This document shows, in pieces, positions 39,716-51,703 of a stretch of DNA of 64,000 bases. The notes below the pieces were generated by a model that was not told where the DNA came from, ran no database searches, and worked only from the letters and a program-made list of their open reading frames with translations. The translations under genes were made by a program, and so were the position numbers. How positions within the stretch are numbered: the first letter of the stretch is position 1; every line of letters starts with the position of its first letter. The DNA is from Podarcis cretensis (lineage: Eukaryota): positions 32,116,001 through 32,180,000 of the forward strand of contig OX638158.1 in assembly GCA_951804945.1 (NCBI GenBank), given 5' to 3'.

Positions 39716-40329
39716 CGTAAGAAGATGTGGCAAACATGAACAAAGAGACAAAATAATTTGCCACTTGGTAGAGTAGAGTTTGCACAACATGATACCTAGA
39801 CTGCCCCCCCCCCCTTGCCGGATACCTGCCTCTTGCCCTCTGAATGCTGATGGGCAGTAGGAGTTTTGTGGTAGTGTTTGGCATTAAGATAGCAACTATT
39901 GATCATAAATATTCTCGGGTTTTGGATATGGAGGTAGAAGAAAGACAAAAGATTCAAACCTGGCTATCTTCGTGCAACTTGAGCTAAATACGGCTTTTAA
40001 ATGACAAAGTGTAGAAGTCTGTGAGGATGATAAGCAGTGCTATGCCTCAAAAAACTAGAATTAATAAAAATTATTCATTAAAAAAACTGGTGATATCCAA
40101 GGTTGGTCAAACTCTTGAGTGGATAAATTGAAATCATTGGAATTACGTCCATTGATTTTGATGACCTGCACATCATCCACAAGAACTGGGTTAGACTGTC
40201 TCCTTCCCGACAACAGAGTGCTAAATGTTTCCAAAGGGACCTTTGGGGAAATAGGGCTATCTTGGGTCAGATTAAAAAATGGTTTTTTCAAAGAATTAAA
40301 GGTGGTTTGAAAGATAGATTGCTGCATGT

Positions 40330-40378
40330 TGTGTGTGTGTGTGTATGTATACGCGCACGCGCGCGCACACACACACAC
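40330..40378. repeat. Compound (TG)n-(CG)n-(CA)n alternating purine-pyrimidine tract
   Basis: Direct reading; self-complementary and Z-DNA-prone. Confidence 0.85.
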
Positions 40379-42269
40379 TATCCTCCTTTTGACTCTGCTT
40401 AAATGGGTTTTGCAGGATTTTATATTGGTTGCAGAAAACCTGCTTGATAAGAGGCAACAATGGAATCAATGAAATATCTGTCTTTATTGGAAACAATTTC
40501 TCCAACCACTTCCAGCTTTTAAACTATTGTCTTTCTCCAACCTTGGAAATCAGTCTCTATTTTCCACTTTCTTTCATCTGACATTTGGTTGTAATGAGAC
40601 ACCATGGTGATACATTTCAGCTCTTCACAGTTGTCCCCTTGCAACTGAATAGCTGCCTTCTACATCAACCCCAGTCATACCACTGGCCCTTCCTCCAAAC
40701 CAAATAGTTTTATTTAAATTGTGTTTATATATTTGATCTATTTGTATGCTGGCTTTAAGAGTCAAACCCTGTTAAGGTGGCTTCTGTTAAATAATACAAA
40801 TACAATATCATCAAAAAATTACAGACATTTAATAAGCCGGTAGCAATAAACATCCAGCCCCCCGCCCCCCCTCACACATATATAGCCAAAATCAACTGCA
40901 GCAAGAAAAAATAAATTCAAGGAAAGGCCAGTGTGAGCAAGTAAGTTTTTAACCCTTTCCTAAAGTCCTGAAATGTTGTGGTCTGAAGGAACCCAGATTG
41001 TAAAGAGCTATGGTGACAATACAGAGAATACCCTTTTATACTCATCAGTTTAATTGCTCTGGGTGTAAGGCAGGTGAGAATGACTTAAAGGTGTGGGCAA
41101 GCTGGAATGGAAGCAAGGAATAATAGAGTTTCATTAAAATTTAATTGTGTGATGAGAAAATGTATTCCAGAGGAGGTGCTTCAGAACTTTTGTATTCTGG
41201 AAAGAGGGGCAGTTGCCTATTATCTGTGTGCAACATGGTTCATGTTTTTTGTTTTGCATCTCACCTGCCAAATCTCTTTTTTGGTGGATATACATCTCAC
41301 CTGCCCCATTTTTGCCGTTTCCCAGTTATTCCGATACTATGTGGTGTCCCTCCACGAGTCTGTTAGGAGACTTCCATGTAGTATTTAAGAGTTTGTACCT
41401 CACATCTTGGAAAGTTTAGTGCTTTGTTATTTTCATGCCTTTCTAAAATTGGATTTTTTTTAAAAAAAATTGCTGCCTCATTGGGAGATGAGAGAGAGAG
41501 ACAGTTCTAAGTAGTGGTTGTTTGAATCAAAAAACTGCATCTGAACTATCTTCTGCAAAAGGGGGAGTTACACGGAAAGAGCTAAGATTGGTGGAATTGA
41601 GTGGGCAGCTGGAAGTAGCAAGGCTTTAGAGTAAAAGTACTGGCAGTACTCCAGGCATTGCAATAGGTGACCTTATGTACGATTTATCTGGGATACACTT
41701 GGAGTTACAATGCTGGAGGTGACACTGATTTTCTGGTTTTGAACTTTGCTTTGGGAGAGGAGAGCACAGTCAGCAAGACTGACCTGAAAGCAGCTTCCCT
41801 CACCAATGGGGCCATTGAAGTTCAGGGTTACTGAACAACTTCCATCCCTTCTGATTTTGAGGGAAGGGGTTTAGATTTCGTTTTCTGCTCTGCTTTGACC
41901 CTCTCTATTCTCTATTCACTTTTCTAGCCCTTGCGTCCAACTGAGCTTATTAGTCTGAAAACTTACCAAGTAACCATGCAATCTCTCTCTCTCTCCTTGT
42001 CTCATGTTTTCAACCATATATTACTTCTGGCCATTATGAACCTTGGTTGCTTGCCCCTGCATTGGGCTCTTCACATGAGGCCTTGTGAGATCCTGGCCAA
42101 GGTCTGACAGTGGGGCAAAGGAGTTCAGGGAAATCAGGGGAGGGAGGACTCATCATCCCTCTCAGCATGCAGGTCCCCCCACATTTATACATGTGTCCTC
42201 ATCATGTTCATCTTACCGCTTGTCCAGTCTTCTAATTTGGTTAAGAAACATTCTGCTTTTCTAATGACT

Positions 42270-42287
42270 TGCCACCAGATGGCGCTG
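42270..42287 (+). promoter_or_regulatory. CTCF motif between TEF and TOB2
   Basis: TGCCACCAGATGGCGCTG is a near-perfect match to the CTCF core CCASYAGRKGGCRS. Confidence 0.65.
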
Positions 42288-42808
42288 TTGCAGCATAGCA
42301 AGTGCTGTGACCTTGTCCCTTTAAAAATAAATAACCCTCCCGATGGGATTGCACAAGAAACTAAAGGTTATTGATATGAAATGAAAGAGAGAGAGAGAAG
42401 CATACTGTTTTGACACTAATCCAGCCAAAGCTTTGCAACCAGCTGTCTTGGAATGGTTTTTATTTTCTTTAACTGAAAGGCAGTAAAAAAATGATTGTAA
42501 ATAAATAAACCTCCCATTAGCAAACAATCACACTTTCTTTCCTTTTATATGCCAGTTGAACCAGCATGATGGATGATTAGGCTAGAGTCTTAAGACTCTA
42601 CATTCTGGTCCACTTCTTCTCGAGTTTGTTTAGTATGGATGACTGAGCAGTTTCAAGGATAATGAATTATAGAAAAAAGTATTTGTGCCACAAGTGAAAC
42701 GGATTGCAACCCCAGGGACTGCCAGTCTGGATAAGAAGGATCTAGGCTTGTCAAAACCAATCTGCATGGGGAGCAAAATATTTTTTTCAGAGAGTTATGT
42801 AGCGGCAA

Positions 42809-42949
42809 CATTGGGCGTAGCCAGGATTTTTGTTGGGGGGTAGGCCTTTTGTTGGGGTGGACAGAACTTAAGTTAGCTATGTGTTTTCATTTTTTTATTG
42901 ATGGGGGGCAGCTGTCCCCCTCTCCTCTCCCCCCCCGGCTACGCCCATG
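42809..42949. mobile_element. Small MITE (hAT-like)
   Basis: TIRs TGGGCGTAGCC/GGCTACGCCCA; flanks GCGGCAAC/GCGACAAC. Confidence 0.75.
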
Positions 42950-44187
42950 GCGACAACTGCAAACTGCATTGGCAAAGGATCTACTTCCCTGCCCAAAAGG
43001 AGATTATTCTTCACTCTCCCATGCAGAAAGTGTTCTGCATTTAGCCCAAATTATATAAATGAGTGTTTTGACAGATAGTACTAAGTCACAGAAGCTTAAG
43101 TGCTCTTTTCTCCTGTATTGTGTGTTCATTTAAAGTGCAGTGAAAGGGACCTTTATCCAATATATCACGCAAGTGCTCTTGTAGCCCTATAAAAAGAAGG
43201 AAAATCGTTCCAAGGCTATCCCTTTCCTCTGCAGCAGAGATGGGCAACCTGTGGTTCGCCATATGTTGGTGCTGGTTTATGATTGATTTAAAGAAAAGAA
43301 TGCCAGATTCCTAGATCCAAACACGGGGTAGAATACTTTCTGGAAAGAGAGAGCCTCAGCAGAGATTTTAAAATACAAAACACGCAGCAAAGTGAAGCAT
43401 GGAAATATAGGCTCTTAGACATTTTAAATATCTTATTCTAAGTTGTTTACGGCGACTTTCCCTTTCTACCCTCTTAGAATTGAATAGATTACACAGTTTG
43501 GTAAGTTTAAAATAAGTGTACTTACAAAATAATCAACAGTCATATTCATGTGTTTTTCCATACAGCAGCAAAGAAAGACAAGTTACAAAATAATGGTAAA
43601 AGTTTCTGAACATGCAGTCAGGACTTGGAGCAATCCGCTCACACATCCTGCCTAGTTGGATTCATATGGTGGAAGAGAATGAACAGCAGAAAGAAGGCAA
43701 ACAAAATAAAATAAAATAACTTTCCGAATTGCCTTTACCTTTACCTATACCTTAACTTTTACCTAACCTTGTGGTATTTTAAAAATTCAATACAAACTAA
43801 AAGATGAGGATTAGACCCACAGTCTTGGGGTGGTACTTAATTTAGCTTTGTTACTGGAGGCCCTCATGATGTACTTTGCAGTGTCTTTTCACCACCTGGT
43901 GTTGCCATGCCAGCCATGGCCTTCTTGGACAGAGACAGCTTAGCCACAGTGATCCAGCTCTGGTCATTTCCAGACAAGATCACTGCAACATGTTTGGTGT
44001 GTAGATTACACACCTGTGTTACCTGTGTATATACAATATGTGTTAATATGTTGCAGACTTCTCAAACTTCATTTGGTTCGGAATATTATCATTATATATA
44101 TTTATTAAATTCCTATCCTGCCCTGCCTCCCAAAGGAACCCAAAGTGGAAAACAACAAAAGTAGTAAAACAAAAGAATTAAAAATTA

Positions 44188-44411
44188 CAGTGGTACCTCT
44201 GGTTACGAATTTAATTCGTTCCGGAAATCTGTTCTTAAACTGAAACAGTTCTTATCCTGAGGCGCGTTTTCGCTAACGGGGCCTCCCACTGTGCGTGCCT
44301 CCAGCACATAATTTCCGTTCGCATCCGGGGGCAAAGTTCACAACCAGGAGCAGCTACTTTTGGGTTAGCGGAGCTCGTAACCTGAAGCATTCATAACCAG
44401 AGGTACCACTG
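44188..44411 (+). mobile_element. pogo/Tigger-like MITE, diverged subfamily
   Basis: TA-CAGTGGTACCTCTGGTTA…TAACCAGAGGTACCACTG-TA. Confidence 0.88.
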
Positions 44412-45816
44412 TAAATAAAAGCACGTCATACAGTCACCAACTGGCACCAGGCCTAGCAAACATATCATGGCTGCCTGTTTCCAAGCATAATTGCAAGTGC
44501 TGATACTTGCTGTTTAATGATCTATGGGGCTTTAGGTCTGGTTGCCTATAGAGCTGCCTTTTCACACATCTACCAGCTGATGTGTTAAGATCTTTGTAAA
44601 CAGCTCTTCTCCAGGTGTCTCTGCTACCTGAGGTGCATCAGGGGACATGGGAGTGGTGACCTGTTCAACTGTAACAACTCTACTTTCCCCAGGAAGCTTA
44701 GCCTGGCACTCTGTGTCTTTTGGTGCCTCATGAACCCTTCTTATTTTCCTTAGACGTTTAAAAATACTGTATTGTGTTTCATCAACCTCTTGTGGTTGCT
44801 GCATTAATTCAATGCTGCTGCTGTTACCATTGTTGTGTTTTCAGTGCGTGTGCTTCCTTTTTATAGTCGGATTGTTTTCAAAATGTTGTAGCAGCTGCCC
44901 TGGGATTATTTTGTGCTGAAGGTGTAGGATATAAATACAAATAAATAATGAAAATGTCTGCCTGCCATTAGCTACCAACCCTAAAATCTGGTATCCTCTC
45001 AAAACCTCAGTCAGTTTTGTACCACAAACTCCATTGGCCACTGCCCCTTAAGTGTGTACCTGACATTTTGAGTCATTAACACTAAAAAAGCAAGTATTAA
45101 CTACTTGGCTGTGGCCACGTGCTTCAAATGTATTGTGTGAATGCATCCAAAGGTGTGACTTCCCCATGTGAACCTGATTTTTAAATTATTTTTATACCTT
45201 GATTTATGTTTAAATGCCATTAATCTCGTAGATCTAAGGTGCTTTGCATTCCAGGGTCATGGCTGCTACTATGTGATTTTAACATCGTTTTGTTGAGCTT
45301 TCAACCAATCAGCTGAGGCTGTAAGCTAAACTGCTAATGAATGTAACTGAAGTACCTTTACTGGACAGCGCTTCCAACCATGAGGGACCAATTTTATAGC
45401 AAGGAAATGGAAACTGTTAACAATGCAACATCAGACTGCATCTGAAATGGAGCTGGGTTAGGACTGAGGAGCAATTCTCATTGATTGTGCTACTTAAGCA
45501 GCGGTCATAAACATTTTTGGAATTTTGAGAGAATGTTGAAGCCAACAGTCACAAAATGGCTGCCACAAGGCGCCATGGCTTGATGCAAAATGGCTGTCAT
45601 GAGGGCATGGCTTGAAACAAAACTGGGAATACTTTTATTCCTATGTAGCAAAGCATCAACTAACTGATTAGTTGACTTGGGAAATGAAGGTTTCAATTCC
45701 CACTCAGTGATGAAGTTCGCTGGGCAATTTTCAGCCAGCCATTCTCTCACCCAACCTATGAGGATATAATGACATGCAGGAAGAACCATGTATAGCACCT
45801 TGAGCTGCGTGGAGGA

Positions 45817-45860
<44 letters not shown>
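45817..45860. repeat. (ATT)n microsatellite
   Basis: Direct reading; source of the poly-Ile in two spurious ORFs. Confidence 0.95.
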
Positions 45861-45861
<1 letters not shown>

Positions 45862-46133
45862 AATAAAAAATAAATATGCCCTTCTGGGCAGAAAAGAAAT
45901 GAGACAAGCCTTAAGGCAAGTGGGGATGGCATCCCCTTTGCCTCTTCCTCCCCAACACTTGATCAAAATACAAGAAACAAAGGGAAGCCACCCCTCTCCC
46001 CTCTTCTTTCCACCCCATCAAAATGTCCTCCCGAGCGAGGAAAAGAAGGAAGGTAGAGCCATCCCTGCTTCACTCCCCACACCATGCCATCCAGGGCAAG
46101 AAAATGGGGGGGGGGGAGCACCCTCACCATGTA

Positions 46134-46364
46134 CAGTGGTACCTCGGGTTACAAACACCTCGGGTTACAAACACTTCGGGTTACAGACTCCGCTAACTCG
46201 GAAGTAGTACCTCGGGTTAAGAACTTTACCTCAGGATGAGAACAGAAATTGTGTGGCGGCAGTGGGAGGCCCCATTAGCTAAAGTGGTACCTCAGGTTAA
46301 GAATGGTTTCACATTAAGAACGGACCTCCGGAACAAATTAAGTTTGTAACCAGAGGTACCACTG
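46134..46364 (-). mobile_element. pogo/Tigger-like MITE, reverse orientation
   Basis: Same TIRs and TA TSD; interior is the reverse complement of family A. Confidence 0.88.
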
Positions 46365-48373
46365 TATTTCCCCCTCCCCAAATAAAACTGATATCCAGTG
46401 CTAGAAAAATGAGGAAAGTAAACCAAGAGGCCAGCAGGAAACCAACCATGCCACTTATCTGTCCCCCAGAGGAGAGAAGGAGTTCACTGCCCTGCCAACT
46501 GGAGTGAAAAGGGAGGCCCTCTCTACTTCCACAACTGCTTGGCATGCAGAACAATACCTATAGTTTCCCAGAGCGTTACTGGATGCCCCAAATCTCTTCC
46601 ATTTTGCAAAGAAAGCCAGTAAATTAATATATACTGTAGTTCTATTTATGAAGCATCCCCCTCCCCTAAAACATTACTCCCTTGGGAATTACCGTAAGTG
46701 AAATTAAGATTTATGCCTAAAACTGCACCCAGCACAGGGGCAGGATGTTCTGAACTTTTGTCAAAATTTCTACTTCAGACATTAGGCTGTTTGATTGCTG
46801 TAGACCACTTTTGGTCTCTGATGACAACGAAAAGTCCCCTGCCCTCTTCTGCATTGATCTGGTTGATCTGCAGACAGGAGCTAGAGCTATTTGCCTTGGT
46901 GCTGGTTGATTCAGCAACAGCCAGCCCAGGGAGTGGAGTGGATGAGCAGGGCTTTTGAGAGAAAGCTGGTCACATGTAGCCTCTTTTAGCAGGCATTCTC
47001 TTGCTCCTGACCATCTGTCTCTCCCTCTCTGTTCAGCTGATGGGGCGATTCTAGGGGTGTTAGATTCCCTATTCACTATGGTGCAGTTTCCACCAACATC
47101 CTGCTCTGGTCGCTCTGGGTGGGAATGGCAGTGGAGTGACCTTTCTAATATTACTATGAGAGAGAGGGGGGGGGGACTGCCAGTACTGCGGGGGAATGGG
47201 GATTAAGGAGACACACCAGGATCAGGAAAGGGGGATGGGTGGTGGCTGAAATGAGGAGGTGTACAACCTTTGGTGTTTGAGAAAAAATCTTCCCCAGCAG
47301 AGATAAGTGCCAGCTCAGGTGACCATACTTGCTGCTAGGATGATGAGGCACCTCCAGAGTGTGGCCTGGACGTCAGAATCTCTAGATTTACCTCAGCTTT
47401 TTAGTGTTGCTGGTTGTCTAACGAAGTTACAGTGAAGGAATTCTTATACTCCTTTCAACAAAACTTTGCAATATCTTATTCCTCTGCTTGGAACTATGAG
47501 AAGAGCTAGAGGAGAAGGGGGGCGGTGGCAAGAGATGAGCTATAAAAATAGCTTTGTCCGATGGCTGCGGCTGTTCCACTCACTGCCTGTAATCCACCCT
47601 GTGGCATCCTGGCTCCCATGTGCACTGTGTGTTACATAATGGGAGGCACTCGGGCATCACTTCAGCCTCAGAAAAGGGAAAGGGAAAGAGTGACGTGACA
47701 TTTACACCGCTTGCGCTTCCCAATATGTTCCTCCAGCTGGGCTTTCCAAAGCATGTCAATGCTGAGCTGCTTTCAGAGGGGTTGATAGGCACCCAGAGAG
47801 CGTGAAAATAAAGCATTTCCATTTTGCACCAGAGGGCAGTGGCGGTTGACGTGGGTAGGGGTAGTAGAATGCCTTGTTCGAGAATGAATATAATTTGAGG
47901 GAGCAGGAAGGGGGTCAAAGAAGAAAAAAAACTCTAAGATGTCCTGTTAGGAGTATTTACTGTGGAAAGATTAAGCCATTGGCAAGTGTCCAGGGACTAG
48001 GTTGCTTTGAATGAACAAGCCATTTTATAGTCTATAAAATATAGTACTAACTGCCACATGCTCAAAATAGGTTTCAGTGTTTGGAAAGGGAGGGCTTAGT
48101 TGGAATAATACATGGGGATTTGCTCGTGTGGGGAGGTTTGCGTGCACCCCCAAAGGAGTTAGGGCTGTGTACATACCACACATTTAAAGCATGTGACTTC
48201 CCCCTGAGAAACCAGAAAACTGTGGTTTGTTGAGGGTGCTGTGAATTATAGCTCTGTAAGGAGTATAGTTCCTAGGATTCCTGGAGTGTGTGTTTTAAAT
48301 GTGTGGTGTAATATTGGGTCTTTCCTGGGTTAGAACAACTGGCCAGTGATCTGCAGAGAGTCCTGTCTTACAC

Positions 48374-48409
48374 ACTCACTCACTCACTCACTCACTCACT
48401 CACTCACTC
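48374..48409. repeat. (CACT)n microsatellite
   Basis: Direct reading. Confidence 0.95.
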
Positions 48410-50707
48410 AAACACGCACAAACAAATACACACACTCTCACAGTCCAAGCCTTCGGCCTCCTCACATTTTGCCATATGGTTTTCAGCAGAGTGGAGTACC
48501 AAAAAAGAAAAAGAAAAAATACTGCTTCTCAGCTTCACTTTTGGCTTCTATTGCCTCCCAATGTCAAGCAGCACAAACTTCTGTGAGGCTTCCTGCCAGG
48601 AATACTCAGCTGCAGCAAAAGGGGTTCCCTCTTCTGTGTTTCTCTCCTGGAAGCTTTTATTGAGCTACTCGTCCTAATTCATTCTCTGAAGAAGGATCTG
48701 GAACTGGTAAGTACTGAGTAAAAAACAGGCCAGTAAGGAAGTTCCAGAACTCCATATGGGGTGGAGAGATGGGGTTGAGTCCAGAAACTCCCAACCATGG
48801 ATCATGGAATATTTGGTCAATTAATATATAGAATAATAGTACCAAAGTAGTATGGAAAGGGCAATTGGTGAGCACTCCAATATTCACAGTAGGGAAATTC
48901 TTTTATTAGGAACAACCCAAATGACCTGCTGAACACTGGCCTCTTCCCATGCAGTTGCAACTAATGTTTTGTTGGCAAAAGGTAATCCAGTTTGGGTTGC
49001 ACGTAAATGTCTACAGCCAGACTCTCTTGGGCCTGCAGTGATGAATCATTTTATTTTAAAATTTAATATGCATGTGTTTGAACAGCATCTGTGGAATCAG
49101 ACCCACACGTATACTATACAAGGAGAAACAGCAGGGCTCTGTCGATGGCAATCAAAGGACCAAATGCTGAGTGTTTACTTTGTCCTGGCTGCCTTGTCTG
49201 AGATCAACAGTGACTGTAGATTTTCTCATTGTTCCATTGAAATAATATATATTGATTAGTCAACAGAAGTGAGTCCAGTGTGCATATAGTTCAAGTGGTT
49301 TTGTTAATTTCATTTAAATCCTCTGGTAGTGTTGGGTGGGAAGCGAAAACACAATTTGCAAGTAGGCCGGTCTTGGTTGCAGTCTTTTTATCCCAGAGTT
49401 GATCATTTACATTAGTGGGGAGGTGAAGACAGCCTTTTCAGGGCTGGGGACACCTTTAGGCCACACATACCTCATGGGGCCCACTTCTTAAAAGCGTAAT
49501 ATATATTTGTATGGTGGTTGTGTTGTTTTTGCAACCTGTGTAGTTCAAGCTGTGACCCAGTAGTGGGTTCCAAACCTGCAGCAATTACCTAACGATGTTA
49601 GGTAATTGGATTGGAGTTGCAGCCCTAGCTTCTGAAATAGGTAAGAAGAACCTATGGCCTTCCATTTGTTTTTGGACTGCATCTGTGTCCATTGGCCATG
49701 CTAGCTGTGGATGATGGGGAGCTGCAGATTCTGACAACATCTGGAGGGTCATAGCTTTCCCACCTCTGCTCTAGAAAGCTTAAAGGATGAGGACTGGTGA
49801 CTCTATAAGGATGTTTCAGCCCTTCTAAAGTAAATATTATTTAGTGACATAGTTAAATTACCCTGGTGTAGTGCTTTACAGGAACCTTTGTTCTGCTCTG
49901 TTCTCATTGGTTATGACAAGGAAAGACTCACATGACTGGAGAAACTTTCTTGAGCAAGTTGGATTATGAGCAGCTACTTACGGTAAGTTTTCTTATGTTC
50001 TGCTTTACAGAAACAGCTGCCTCTGAGAGGACTTTGATGAGGCCCCAGAGAAGGGAAGTGGGGGGTGATGTAGGATGGTTTGTCCCTCCTGAATATTGCT
50101 GCCTCATTGGATTTATAAATAACATTCTTAATACCTTGGTTGCTAATTGTTTGTTAAGTATTTCCAGAAAGAATGAAGCAATTTCCAAGAACTATCATCA
50201 TTGGCAAGGGAGATAGTTTGCTATGGAAGCCTTTAGTCCTTTCATATGCCTATTGTTCTCTACATTTCCAGTATTTTTTATTAATTGTCCAAGATCCTCT
50301 CTCTGTGCCTAAGAAGAAAAATAGGCATTTACAATCTTAAGTAGTGCCATGGATATGATATGGGGTGCTCCTCATAGGTAGTTTCAAATGCTTGGGAACA
50401 GTGACCCCAATCAGCAACTCTGCATGGCAGAGAGGCTGCAGTTACTGGAATGTCTCCAGGAAAGAAGGGTAGTAAGATATGGCATTGGGGTGTCAAATGC
50501 AACAGTCAACCTGGCAATTCCCCATTAATTCAGCAGTGAGGTTGCCAGCCTCTTTTTCCAGCAAGGTTTTTCAGCCTTTATCAGATGCATTAAAGACATA
50601 AATTCAACATTTCAGCCTTTTCCTAGTATGGAGATACAGTATTAGGAAATCTCCTCCTCCTCCTTTTTCCTCCAGGTTAATGTTTTATTATTAATTCAAT
50701 AAATTAA

Positions 50708-51185
50708 CGGACAAACTGGAACGTGTCCAGAGGAGGGCAACTAAAATGGTCAAAGGCCTGGAAACGATGCCTTATGAAGAACGGCTAAGGGAGCTGGGCA
50801 TGTTTAGCCTGGAGAAGAGGAGGTTAAGGGGTGATATGATAGCCATGTTCAAATATATAAAAGGATGTCACATAGAGGAGGGAGAAAGGTTGTTTTCTGC
50901 TGCTCCAGAGAAGCGGACACGGAGCAATGGTTCCAAACTACAAGAAAAAAGATTCCACCTAAACATTAGGAAGAACTTCCTGACAGTAAGAGCTGTTCGA
51001 CAGTGGAATTTGCTGCCAAGGAGTGTGGTGGAGTCTCCTTCTTTGGAGGTCTTTAAGCAGAGGCTTGACAACCATATGTCAGGAGTGCTCTGACGGTGTT
51101 TCCTGCTTGGCAGGGGGTTGGACTCGATGGCCCTTGTGGTCTCTTCCAACTCTATGATTCTATGATTCTATGATTCTATTCTATG
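50708..51185 (+). mobile_element. Young 5'-truncated CR1 LINE (ORF2 C-terminus, 3'UTR, (ATTCTATG)n tail)
   Basis: Uninterrupted ORF 50746-51093 ([23 protein letters not shown]…[27 protein letters not shown]) is the CR1 ORF2 end; the octamer tail is present. Confidence 0.95.
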
Positions 51186-51461
51186 AAATATGTTAAGAGC
51201 CAGTGGCTTAAAAACTACAGCACATAAAAAGATACCAACAAGTCCCAATATCTGTAGACCCACCTCTCCTCCAGTTATCTGTTCCCTTTCCATGCTCCAG
51301 TAACAACACGATTGAAGTTATGCACAAGCCACCTTATGCTGTGCTATTCAAGAGAAACCAACATGAGAATAAAAGCAAGCTAAAATAGAGGGGTTGGAAG
51401 TAAAAAGAAGCTCTATTTTCATTAGCTATTCCTCAAATGTTTAAGGAAAGACTAACATGTA

Positions 51462-51703
51462 CAGTGGTACCTCGGGTTAAGTACTTAATTCGTTCCGGAG
51501 GTCCGTTTTTAACCTGAAACTGTTCTTAATCTGAGGTACCACTTTAGCTAATGAGGCCTCCCGCTGCTGCCACGCCGCTGGAACACGATTTCTGTTCTCA
51601 TCCTGAAGCAAAGTTCTTAACCTGAGGTACTATTTCTGGGTTAGTGGAGTCTGTAACCTGAAGTGACTGTAACCTGAAGCGAATGTAACCCGAGGTACCA
51701 CTG
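51462..51703 (+). mobile_element. pogo/Tigger-like MITE (242 bp), family A
   Basis: TA-CAGTGGTACCTCGGGTTA…TAACCCGAGGTACCACTG-TA. Confidence 0.9.

Noticed and set aside
45505-46207. ORFs with poly-Ile, transmembrane-like runs
   Set aside because: Translation of an (ATT)n microsatellite.
46802-46836. Hammerhead-like AGACCA-loop-TGGTCT-CTGATGA-caac-GAAA
   Set aside because: No NUH cleavage triplet in register, no stem II and no stem III pairing.
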